DNA from: Dimargaris cristalligena | Lineage: Eukaryota | Assembly (NCBI GenBank): GCA_003614675.1 | Contig: ML002251.1 | Coordinates: 1-57,710 of the forward strand | Length of the DNA stretch: 57,710 nt | Direction: 5' to 3' | In this document: positions 46,654 through 57,710 of the stretch, in pieces | How positions within the stretch are numbered: position 1 is the stretch's first letter | Layout: each line of letters begins with the position of its first letter | Made by a program: the position numbers and the translations under genes | The notes under the pieces: generated by a model | The model's database searches: none | Told to the model about the DNA's origin: nothing | The model's input: only the letters and a program-made list of their open reading frames with translations

Positions 46654-48472
46654 ATGTCGCTGGTCATTGAACCCACCACCCATTTGACGTTTAAGCGTAA
46701 GTGCATCCCATTCTCACTCTTCGACTAAATCGGGCCAATGGTTGTTGGCTCCGGTTCCAGCCGTGTATGCCGCCCTAGGTCACACACTCCAACACTCCTC
46801 TTTACCATGGCCTCTGGTTAGCCCGCTAGGTCATTGGGGGGTAATCCCCTCCCCTCCTTGGCAATGAGGGAGAGTCTCTTGTGGCCCCGTTAGTTAGTTT
46901 GCGAGCCTCTATCGACGATATCCCATTGCACCCGTACTTACCCGGTTTTCGTCCCCGTCCTACGGCCCCACTCTTGCACCATCTTTCTATCTACCTATAG
47001 GTCCCTTTGACGCTCAAACCGAGGACATTTTGGTGCTCCGCAACCAAACCTCGTTCCCCATTGCCTTCAAGGTGAAGACTACCGCCCCTAAGCAATACTG
47101 CGTGCGCCCCAATTCCGGCCGCATCGAGCCCGGCCTAGAGATAGACATTCAAGGTGGGTGATTAATCTAAGTGATTGCAGTGCAGGTGCTTTATTGATGA
47201 CATCATGGAGTACCATGGTCACCTTATTCTATACCCCCTATAGTATTTGGAAATGTCGGGGACACCCATTAAGTTTTTGGATAACCCTAATTCTCACCCA
47301 CCGTTGTCCATTTTTATCCATATTCCATTACCCCGGTGTTTACTTTCGCGACGTCAACCTCCTGGGCATTATTAGTGGCCCTCCAGCCCGTCAGGGACGA
47401 CCTACCGGCCAACTACAAGTGCAAAGACAAGTTCCTTATCCAGAGTATCGAAGTTACCCCTGAACTGGAGACTCTTTCGCTTAATGACTTGGTAAGCGGG
47501 CTTAGAATGGTGTGGCGTTGTATCATCATTTGACTTGGCCAGTGATATGTCATTGATTCCCGAACATAGGCTAACCCTTCGTACCTGATCTATACACTGC
47601 ACCTTATTATACGTCCTCTTAACCAGTGGCCCACGGTGGAAAAGACCGACAAGACCCTCATCCATGAGCGCAAATTGCGGTGCCAGTACCTAGCCGCTGA
47701 CCCAGGCCATGACGCCTCCGTTCCATCTCCCTTAAAGGTAATTAAGCATGGGTTCATCTTAGTTGCCCATGGCTCGGTTTTATTTAGCGACCCTGAATCT
47801 CCCATGCCCTTCCGTACGTTGGGGTGTGGTCCCATACCGGCTATTTTTCATGGTCTATAATCTACCTCTCCGTACTCATACCCATGACTGCAAATGCACT
47901 TCATTTCCTCCCCCCCCCAACAGATGGCCACAAACGTGACCAATAGCAGCAACGAAGAGGTTCAGCCCTCCACCCCCCTTCGGTCCGCAGGCCCCGTGGG
48001 CATGGCGGGTTTCGGCGCTGCCCCAGCTGTAGACATGTCGTCTCCCCAGGTCCACGAACAATTCGCCTCGCCTATTCCCGCCGCGGCTCCTTTACCGATG
48101 GTTGCCCAGCCCGTGGCTCCCATGTCCCAGCCCGCCATGGACACCCCCACTCGGGAGTCCTCAACGACTCACTACAACAGTATGGATTCCAATCTGCGGA
48201 GTCAGCTGGATGCGGCCGAAGGTGCCATTAAGCAACTGCAGCGGGAGACATCCGGCTATAAATCCGAGATTGGATCGATGCGCTCCCTGCTCAAAGAAAC
48301 GCAGGACCAGCTCCAAAACGAAAAGACCAATGCGCTCCGCACTGCCACCAGTACCCCGCGGAACCCGACCTCGACTACGACGCTGGTAGCCCAGGAGGTG
48401 GATGGTTTCTCGCCCCAGGTGCTCGCTCTGGTCGGTGTGATTGCTTTTTTAATGGGCTACCTCTTCTTTTAA
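46654..48472 (+). CDS. SCS2: VAMP-associated protein (VAP/Scs2): MSP domain, coiled coil, C-terminal TM anchor, 5 exons
   Basis: FKVKTTAPKQYCVRPNSGRIEPG and CKDKFLIQS motifs; tail VLALVGVIAFLMGYLFF. Confidence 0.95.
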
Positions 48473-49935
48473 ACCACGAACTTATTTTTATTGTCACCTC
48501 CCCCCTTACCTCTACCGATAAGTTCCCTCGATTGCATTTCCCATTGCTGCTTTTGTTGACTCTGTTTATTGACCAAGGTTCCCTTAATCCAACCGCCAGT
48601 TCTCTCTCTCCCCACACATACGCGCTTCTCCCAATCTAATTGGCTCTCTACTCTAGTGGTTTCCAATGCTGTTTTCGACTGTTTCATATTTTTAATTCTC
48701 TAGGTGTTTTAGTAGAGAATTCCCCTTCTCAGGGCTAGGGAAGTCCTGGTCTGGTGCATTCGAATGGTGTGACTAACCCCGGTGGTTTCCTTCAGTGCCC
48801 CGTGACCTGTCGGGCGTGGTTATCATTTCCATTTGGAATTGCATCCGTATCTTTTACCCTATACGCATTTTATATCTTTGTGAAACTCCGTTGGACCCTC
48901 TGAACAACGCCCAGGGTTTCAATCCTCTAAGATTGGGAAATCCTTTATTTCTTCGCATTAAAACAGTACTAAACCACCTGCTCGATTTATGGATAGCATA
49001 TCAATGTGAGATTGCACGCGCATTTCCGTACTCCCATTGCACATAGGTCTGGTAAGAAGGAAGGCAACCACTGGAATACTCTCTTCACACACCAGTGATC
49101 TTATTTGGAGTTGATCAACCCAGTTATGGGAATACGGATATTCCAATGCAGGAATTGGGAACTGGTGTCTCATTATTTTATGAATGATATCACTCATTAA
49201 TGCGGAAGGACCATTGATGAAGGGAGGTTAGTTTACCCAAGCGTCGCATCCACCAAGTTGGGATCGACAAATCATCTGGGAAGACGGATAGTCAAGTCGG
49301 CGGTATTAGCATTGCGAGGACGGAGTTTTTAATTATTAATTATTGCAGGTTCTTTCCATATATATATATACACACGTACACACATACACCCTCATTTTCC
49401 CCTCGTTTCCTGTAGTTCATTGGCCAAATGATCAGTGACTAGCGCTAGAGATGGGAATAAAAAAGGGATTCCCTATATTAATATAGAATGCCTTCCAAAT
49501 ACTGTCAGCATAGTCGTAGGCGTGCGGAGTCTTCCGAATTAGAACATTTCCCGGGCCAGTGCCAGGGTCCACTAGACTAGATTCCTATTCCAATTACTAT
49601 TCCTAATCGAGGCGTCAGGTGGGGCGGAATGGGGGGCAGTGTGACCCCCCCAATGGTACAAGCGTTATGGTAATTTTTAATGAATGGGAAAGGCGGGATA
49701 AACCGGACACATATTCGCATTTAAGCGGCATAAGCCAACGCAGCTAAACGACATTCCAACGGGATATTCGTTGCCGAGGTGGACCGACTTATATAGCATT
49801 TTTTTTACGACCCAAGCACGATATTCTCCGCTAGTTGAGAATCAAGTCGTAAACAAGCCGACCCCGTCCGGCCTTCCCACCCACCCAACGGGGAAAAGGG
49901 GCTTGGTTTCCCATAACATGGTTTATTAGATTATA

Positions 49936-50160
49936 GGCTATAGCCGAATGGTCCCGAAAGACGGCCAGGACAAATAAAATGAAAAACTCGAAGTAGGGAT
50001 AGGGGTATAGGGGAAGAATAGAGGGGATTGGAGTAGAAATGGGTGAAATTCGGCCCAGCTATATCAGGGCTTACATTATACGTGTATGGGAAAATAGATG
50101 GGAAATGTATTTTTAACTAGTAATATTGGCCGAATCTAATGGATTTTTCGTTATACAGCT
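49936..50160 (-). mobile_element. MITE-like dispersed repeat, copy 3 (shorter, reversed)
   Basis: Reverse complement AGCTGTATAACGAAAAATCCATTAG...GGGCCGAATTTCACCC matches copy 1. The other end TA|GGCTATAGCCGAA is an imperfect inverted repeat. Confidence 0.6.
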
Positions 50161-51081
50161 TGGATGAACTTCTCCCAAATTGAATCCAGCATAGCGGCAG
50201 AGTCAGGTGGATGTATATGTGTAAATCGACCTATTTTGGGACCCGCCATCATATCGCCCTTGGGTGTTGCTTAGGCATGGCTAATTGGATTCAAGCCTTC
50301 ATTAGCGTAACTGTATCGGTAATAAGCGGGGGCCCAGGCTTCTCGGTTTGGTACGCCATTGGAAGGAAGGCTTATTGAACATTCTCGTTATTAATCTTCC
50401 AGCTTGAGAGATTCGGTCCAACAGTAGAATTTAATCCTCCCTACGCGGACTCTTAGTAATACCAGTTAGTCGAACTGAGTAAGCCCTGCCTCCCTTTCCG
50501 GTGGAAATGCCTTGCGCCGGTCGACCCTATCAAGTCCGGACTGGGAAGCCTCGACCGCATTTTTCCCGTTGATGGTTCGGTAGCCAATGCTACCGTTTTA
50601 GACCAACTAAATGGCAGATCAGCGCAAACACCCTCCGAATTTACTCCCCAGCCCTTCCCAGATATCAGGGCCATGTGCACTTAATTGGAACCCTCCCCCT
50701 TCCTAATCGAAAGAAGGGTGTGGGTAGTATGGAATATAATAGTATACGAGTTTGGTTCCGATGGCCACGAATAGCATGGCTTTGTTTTCTAGGGGATACT
50801 AACAAAACCCATTAATAAAAAAAACCCTTAAAAACATGAGGAGGAGGGTCGTGGGGAGAATGCGTAGTGGCCATGGAAAAGCCGAATCCCAAAGGGGAAT
50901 CATGGGCTGTTCCGATGGCCTTATTTTGACAAGCGGATACGGCGAGGAATTCCACTGAATCGCAATGCGAATCCCCACGCCAATCGTCAGACGCACAAAA
51001 ATCCAACTGTCCCGATTTTGTATTTATACCCAGGGTCACCCCGCCATATTGGCCGAATTCTATTGAGAAGGTCATATTCTC

Positions 51082-51110
51082 CTTGTCTTGTCTTGTCTTG
51101 TCTTGTCTTG
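51082..51110. repeat. (CTTGT)n pentanucleotide repeat
   Basis: Read directly from the sequence. Confidence 0.85.
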
Positions 51111-51416
51111 CCTTGTATCTATCTATCTATCTATATATCCAACCCGGTGTGATACTAAACTATATTTCACACTCATTAGTCGTATTAATAGCTATCCTCG
51201 TCCATTGCTCTAGATGTGGACACTCTTAATTCACCTACTCTTGCGCTATCATATTCAGCCCGTGCTTGGTGGGTCACTTGATATTACCTAATTTTAGATT
51301 TGGGAAATACCCCTGCCCCTTCTCCTCTAGTTAAGTATTGGCACTTGGCAGTTCCCTCCGCCCATCTCCACAGCCTCCTTGCTTGCTCTATACTGGCCCC
51401 ACCTAAGACGGCAGCC

Positions 51417-53186
51417 ATGAATCCATCACAGACATCCCAAGTACATATTACTGTCAATCCAATCGGCCGTGGTTTCCGTCGAGGTTTTCGTTGGCGTCAG
51501 CCAACTTGTGAAATATCCGTTCATATCCAGTCCAATACCCCGGCCCGGGACATTCTATCACCACCCCCCACGCTCTATTATCCCACCCCCCTCAACTCAT
51601 TTGCATCGTCGGATTGTACCACCGCGGTGGGCTCAGCATCATATCCCCCTTCATTACACGGCCTCATCGACTTGAGAGGTAAAGAGGCTGCCCCCACTGC
51701 TCCTCCCAAGGTCCCCGCTCCCCAGCAGTATCAGCACCATGCTTCTCCCTTATACCACATTCCTTCGGCGTGTCGTCCCCCGGGAGATGCGGAGAGTTTC
51801 GGGGTTCCGGTCTGGAATCGGGACCACTCCCCGGGCACGGACAAGGTCCGGACGGATGAGTTTGCCATTGATGCGTCCACCACGGCCACGATCAAGGTGT
51901 GTAAGACCCCTGCTTTGACTAGGTCGTCCCGGTCGAGCTTTACTCGGCCCTCTAAGCGATCGAAGGGCAGTCTCTTGCGGTGGATTCAACGGAGTTGGGC
52001 CCGATATCGACGGAAAAATCGATCAGTGGCCTCGTTAATTATCCCCCAACCCGATTTTGGGATGATGGGGCCATCCGTGGTCAATGCCGACCACCAAGGT
52101 ACTCACCACAGTGACTTGACGAGTCAAGAATGGAAAGGAAAGAGCACCACGACGGTACTTGACAACCCTGGCAGAGTGGACGACCATGGCCTCCTACCCG
52201 CCGACCCATTCCCGCACATGCCTGTCCCAATGTCGTTTGATCATGAGAAGAAAGTCCGACATCAGGAAACGGACCGTCGGCCTGATATTCCGGGACCTCC
52301 ACCCCCTCATCCCACGGATAATTACCGTCCTTCTTCAGCCAAGACCTCATCTAAAAGCCCGGAGTGGTGGGAACGCTCACCATCACCCCCCTTCACAGGG
52401 CCCTTATCGTCGAAATATGGCGATACGTCAATTATATCCATGGTCCGCGTTGATGAGACCTCACGGGCGTCCCAGGTGGAGCCTCATTATCAGCCCCAGT
52501 ATCCCCCCACGCTGTCCTCCACCCGTACCGTTGTCGGGGACCCCTCCATTCGGTCGATTCCCAAATCGACCGCATCGGTATTGTCCGGCAGGGCCCCACG
52601 AAGGGGGGACACCTCGGAATATTCGGGCTGTCTGAACGAGTCTTCAGCAACGGCCCACTGTTCCCACGTCCCATCCGGATATGGTGCGGAGGTGGACTTT
52701 TTTGATAGGCCAGCCTACCCAGGTCCTAAAGAACTGGCTTATTCGACATTCTTTTGGCCGAAAAAGGACACTCCTCCACAATCTGTATCCTCCTCCGCGG
52801 TGTCGCTAGCGGAGTCCCGCTCATCATCGGCATCGTCATCGTCATCATCGTCGTCGTTTGCCTGGGCTTTGTCACAGTTGATGGAGTCATCCCCACATCA
52901 ACCAGCCCATCGGCGACCCATTCAATCGGCGCCCACGTCGTTCAACCGACGGAGTTCCAAGGCCGCGCATGGATCTAACCCTACCACAGCAGCAGTCGCT
53001 TGCATGGACCGAATCCCCAAGTCACTGGAGCATCCCCCCAGGCGGATTCAAGTACTTTCGACCGGGGCCTCTATACCACCGCCGGCTACGCCCCAACTCA
53101 AACCCCAGCGGGAATGGGCTCGGCGTCCGGTAGCATCGGTGGTGGAAATCAAGAGGAATCAAAGGGAGAAGGTGGGCAGACTGTAA
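51417..53186 (+). CDS. Hypothetical Ser/Pro-rich low-complexity protein
   Basis: Long open frame with first ATG at 51417. No recognisable domain. Confidence 0.6.
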   Translation: MNPSQTSQVHITVNPIGRGFRRGFRWRQPTCEISVHIQSNTPARDILSPPPTLYYPTPLNSFASSDCTTAVGSASYPPSLHGLIDLRGKEAAPTAPPKVPAPQQYQHHASPLYHIPSACRPPGDAESFGVPVWNRDHSPGTDKVRTDEFAIDASTTATIKVCKTPALTRSSRSSFTRPSKRSKGSLLRWIQRSWARYRRKNRSVASLIIPQPDFGMMGPSVVNADHQGTHHSDLTSQEWKGKSTTTVLDNPGRVDDHGLLPADPFPHMPVPMSFDHEKKVRHQETDRRPDIPGPPPPHPTDNYRPSSAKTSSKSPEWWERSPSPPFTGPLSSKYGDTSIISMVRVDETSRASQVEPHYQPQYPPTLSSTRTVVGDPSIRSIPKSTASVLSGRAPRRGDTSEYSGCLNESSATAHCSHVPSGYGAEVDFFDRPAYPGPKELAYSTFFWPKKDTPPQSVSSSAVSLAESRSSSASSSSSSSSFAWALSQLMESSPHQPAHRRPIQSAPTSFNRRSSKAAHGSNPTTAAVACMDRIPKSLEHPPRRIQVLSTGASIPPPATPQLKPQREWARRPVASVVEIKRNQREKVGRL

Positions 53187-54707
53187 GTCGGACCTTACTT
53201 AGCCGAAGGACTGGGGATTCGGCTTTATTCATTTTTGAATGCCACTCATAAGACCGATTTCCCCCCTCTTATTGATACTGTGGTCGTTGGATGATATTTT
53301 TTTCCTGGTCCGTTATGATAATTATTATAAGATTTAATGATCAATTCTAACTGAGTGCTCCCCCTCCTTAGATTTCCACGTAGTTTGGCTTGGTCAGTTT
53401 ATTATATTATTCCTTTATTCAATGAAATTCATGTAAATTAAGTCAATGACTAGCCAAAAATAAAGCAAACTAAGCCAAGCCTTAGCCAGTACAATCATAC
53501 AAGGTTATAAGCCACTCTTCCTTGGGGATTCAGAACTAAGATACATCTGCGGAACAAAGTGATGGGTGTTGTGGAATTGTTAGCCAAGGCTCCCACATCG
53601 GCTGGGGCTGAAACAGCCAGATTAGGAGTTTTGACCTTCATTTGTTAATAAACAATGCAAGGTGGATTGTGTGGAGCACGGTTGAAATACAAATAGCCAG
53701 GTCATGTAAATAAAGGAATTCCAGGCGTATACAACACAGCCCTCATTTGGTCCAATCATACCTTGTTGTGGCAGTTGAGTCTTTATATATATATATGTAG
53801 AGAAATACAGGCCGTTGAAGGGGAGAGATTCTACACTACACTGGTCCACATATAGGTGGGGCACTCAGCGACACGGGAATGTTTATTAAAAAGGGGGAAA
53901 GGCCTATGCCCCCCTGATCCAAGGGGAATGGGTGGAGATGATGCCCAGGGTCCTCACCGCTCTACCGGGTCAACGTTTTTGCATAAAGACAGTCTTGGTG
54001 GGCACTTCACTCTTCTTCCCCACACGTGTAGTGTACTCCTTGGCAATGGATAATAATAGGGAAACGGTCTCTATAACGCTGAATGTGGGCTGGCACCAAG
54101 GATTATTGGAGCGCTTGAAAAGGTGAGAGGAATCGGCTTTTATAGCGCAAGTCCAGCCCAATTCTCTCTCTCACCTTTCCACTGTATATGGTGTAGTTGA
54201 AGCTTGGACAAATAAAAGCGCTCTGTCGTTCCTTGACTCTATTGAATTGTTAACTCCAACACCCCTTAAACTCGCTTATTCTTGTTCTTTCCCCTTACCA
54301 CTTATTTAACAAAGGGCAACTGTATTCTTCGTACCAGCCAGTTTGGCGGCCTGTACCTCTCTATTCCAGTATTCACAGCTCCTCTGAGGTTGAGTGGTTT
54401 ATTCTAGCCCTGGCTATATTATCCAAGGTGCCTGCCAACCCTGTCACCCAAGCCCTCTCTTGTTCTTCCGTCTGTTGCTAATTGCTTAGCCTTGGTGTGA
54501 ATTGCCGCCCTTTTCCTTTATACTACCTATCCAGTGCGTATTGACCTTCAATGTTCGACTCTCTCTCATCTACCAACTAACCCCCTCATTCAGTGGATTG
54601 GCGTCTCTCCGGGTTTCTATTAGGTCCCCCCTCTCTCTATTGTTCTTTATTTTATTACTATTTTTCTTGGCTTATTCCCCGCGTCCCACGTTGCCTGTCC
54701 CGCATCC

Positions 54708-57700
54708 ATGGCGACTTCCGCCAACTATTCATTGCCCTCCGACCCCAATGTCAGCTCCAGACCCGGGTTCGCTGAGCTGACCCGCTATACCGCCGACCAA
54801 TTCGGTCAGTTAAACGACTGGCGGACTTCGTTTCTAACCGGCGACTATGCGAGTCAATCGTAAGTAACTAAACCTGGCCCCCATTTTCTTTTCAGGCGGA
54901 CCCATATAGAGGGTATGTCCCGCCGGGAATGGGCCAGAAAGTCCCAGGGGGAAGGGAAGGTCGGTCTATTGCCTAGCCCGGGTCATCTGTGGCTGAAGGT
55001 TAAAGTGTCGTCCGTGAAGTGGGTCCGGATGCGCCTGGCTATACGGGAAACGTATTTATAGGATTCTTCGTTAATACGGCTCACCAGCAGTCGTTTGGCC
55101 GTGTATCAGCCCGCAATTGGGGACCCACTTGATTCTATAGACCCACCCACTTACTTGAATGTAACTCCCTTTAATTGATCCGTTATCTCGTACTAGCGAG
55201 CTAAAATCCGCCCAGCTAACTCTTCCCGACAAGGCCCAGTTTGCGACATGCATGGCTCCGTCGCAGGTAAGTAAACCGCCCCATATACGAATACTGACCA
55301 TGTCATTCGAACCCCTTCCCCAGCCTACCCGCATTACCATCGTTAATGGCGAACAGCCATATGAATCGCTTCGCTTATTTATCCAACCCCCCTCTGACCT
55401 CTATCTATCTAAATCCCCCCTTACAGACTGCGCCACTACTAGCGGTTGGTTCAGGCGGCCCAGGCCCGAACCTCTTCGTTTTGAAGGCCCATACCGCATC
55501 GTTAGAAAGCGACGATGAATCACTGCCCACCATGGAGGTACGGTATAGTTATAATTGGGCTACCCCCTTGTCTAAATAAACCCGTATATGTCTATAGTTG
55601 GCCATAGGTCCAGGTCACATTGGGATTAACCCCTCAGTGACGACCATTCCATCAACCAAATATTAGCATTGCTGCACCTACTACCTTGGTTCACCCCAGG
55701 TATGTCCCGAATCCCAAAACTAACCCGATCAATTAATCCAATGTCCTACCAATTCACTCTTATTTACTGCTGAATACCTGCCATATTCCTAACACCGGTT
55801 TTCACAGCTCCGGGCCCAGACGTCGTCACGGCACCCCATCCATAGTATATCTTTTTCGGATCGTCAAATCATTACCGGAAATGACCGGGGAATTAATATG
55901 TTATACACCGTCGATACGGAAGCTGTCATGGGCGCGGGTACCGGTGGCCATTCGGAGGCCGGCAGTGGATTGAAGGCAGCTGCCACTTTTCGCAATAAAT
56001 TGAGTCGGGTAAGTAGTACAGCCAAGCATGCGCATTCTACTTGGCCCAGCCTGGTTTTCCTTGTATTGCCGACATTCTAGTGTTTAATAGGGAATATCAG
56101 TTGCTGCCTCCCTCTGAGTATTATTCTTTCTGGAGCTAAACTCTTGGATCGCCAGTACCAGCATAGGTCGGCTTACACTATATCCTCTAATCCCCGATTT
56201 AGTTTGGTATTCCTCGCTGTATTCCATCCAATAGGCCCCAGAGGTTCCGGTGCCCGGTAAATATATAAGTTCACGGCGGGTTCTCCATACCGATTTTGAG
56301 CCCGTGTCGGGTCAACAGGGGGCCGGAAGTTCAAATACCTCGGGCCTTCGTTTTCTCTCGGCCGTCGGCCATTTAGTTCACGTTTGGGATGTCAATGATT
56401 CCAAAGCGCCAATCCGGGATGATCGTGTAAGTCAAGATGACCCCCACTTTCACTAGTGGCCAGTCAATACCAAACCAGTATTGCTATAATTATAGTTCAT
56501 TTTTGATAGCGAATATCCCAATTTATGATTTGCTTACACCCTTCCATATCCATTGATACGATCTCTCCCCCTCTCACCGCAATGTTACCATATCGGGTTC
56601 ATCAGGTATCCAATTCCCGACTGAGTGCGGCGGTCTGGCATCCCTATCCCTTTTCCCAGCTGATTGCGACCGGTAGCATCGATAAGTCGATATCTATTCT
56701 GGATATCCGCAAAAGGGGTAAACCAGTCGTCTGGAAGACGCGGAATGGGCACCAGGCCCCCATTAACGATATTCAATGGAGCCCATTTGTTCCGTATTGG
56801 TTGGCTTCGGCGGGGGATGACTGCAATACCAATATCTGGGATTTACGGTACTTGTCAGGCCCGGCCTATACTATCCAGCAGCACCAGCAACGCTTTACTT
56901 CGGTAAGTGACTAATACATTGCTCCACCCGATTCAATGACTATCTAGATAGAACTACCTTCTGAACTATAGCCCCATTATACTATTATAATACGAATAGA
57001 AAAATACTATATTGTTTTAGAAGGATGGTATTGTGGGGTATAAACAGCCGCTGTATTCCTAATCCAATATACCCTTTTTGTAATATTCATCAATTTGCTT
57101 GATTTAGATTTGTTGGTCGAATACTCATTGCGACATGATCACCACCGGATCAGCTGACAATCACTGGCGCCTCTGGGCCCTGCGCGCAGGCAGTCCAAGT
57201 GAACCATCGGCTACCCAGAATGTGGGAGGGTCGGAACCGCGGACAGCCCTTGCGCCCGTAACTTCTAGCCTTATCGCCAATTACTCCAAAGGCATTTCAG
57301 GCTCTATTGAGAGTATTTGCTGTCCCCCGGTATTCGACAACACCTATTTTACCTGCTCGAGCAAAGGGGTGCTTACGTCTTTCCAATTGACCGAAGAGGC
57401 CTACGGGGCGGTGGCCATCCATCGGTTCGGGGCCTCTACCCATCCGAACCAATACGAAATCGAACAACTGGTTTACCAGCGGGACTACGGTGACGCGATA
57501 TCCGGCTTTAACGGCCTGGTCAAAGGGGTGGACCGCCAACCCAACGGTGCCACTGAGCTGGTGCAACTCTCCAAGGCGCTCTTGCCCAAAGACCCCATCA
57601 CCTGGGATGGCTGGTCCCTACCAGCCATGCCTAATGGCTCGAGTAGTAGCGGTAGCAGTAGCCTTTCGTCCCGCCTCCGAATGCCCAAGTCGGACATTGA

Positions 57701-57710
57701 AGCCGGAATG
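54708..57710 (+). CDS. WD40-repeat protein, at least 7 exons, 3' end outside the window
   Basis: IATGSIDKSISILDIR, GHQAPINDIQWSPFVPYWLASAGDDCNTNIWDLR and ICWSNTHCDMITTGSADNHWRLW in GT-AG-linked exons. Confidence 0.85.

Noticed and set aside
1-57710. CRISPR arrays, tRNA/rRNA genes, operon-like defence systems
   Set aside because: Eukaryotic intron-containing DNA. No regularly spaced direct repeats or tRNA/rRNA signatures seen, only microsatellites.

Overview
Intron-rich eukaryotic DNA with GT-AG introns (mostly GTAAGT donors). Gene content such as FANCL, an EGF-like membrane protein and a bacterial-style CAP domain suggests an early-diverging fungus; this is inference. Recognisable genes in order: 3' end of a glutamine-synthetase-like gene, an F-box/LRR-like protein, a glutathione S-transferase, an EGF-like membrane protein, pyridoxal kinase, a CSC1/OSCA/TMEM63 channel, TMEM14, a secreted CAP protein, a Ser-rich protein with a C-terminal Ig-like domain, endosulfine, FANCL, VAP/Scs2, a low-complexity protein and a WD40 protein that runs off the window. 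Features the ORF track misses: (1) a decayed island at ~4.7-9.5 kb with a VPS52 pseudogene fragment, a disrupted secreted-type gene and a ~2 kb tract almost free of CpG, suggesting targeted cytosine hypermutation; (2) a hidden gene of at least 9 exons at 30.3-32.6 kb, including a 7-nt microexon, weakly resembling the meiotic TopoVIB-like (Spo11 partner) transducer; (3) the OSCA channel's long C-tail interrupted by a C9 frameshift and a single in-frame TAA; (4) three copies of a MITE-like dispersed repeat. No tRNA, rRNA or CRISPR array was seen. All gene models and family calls were made by eye, without database searches.
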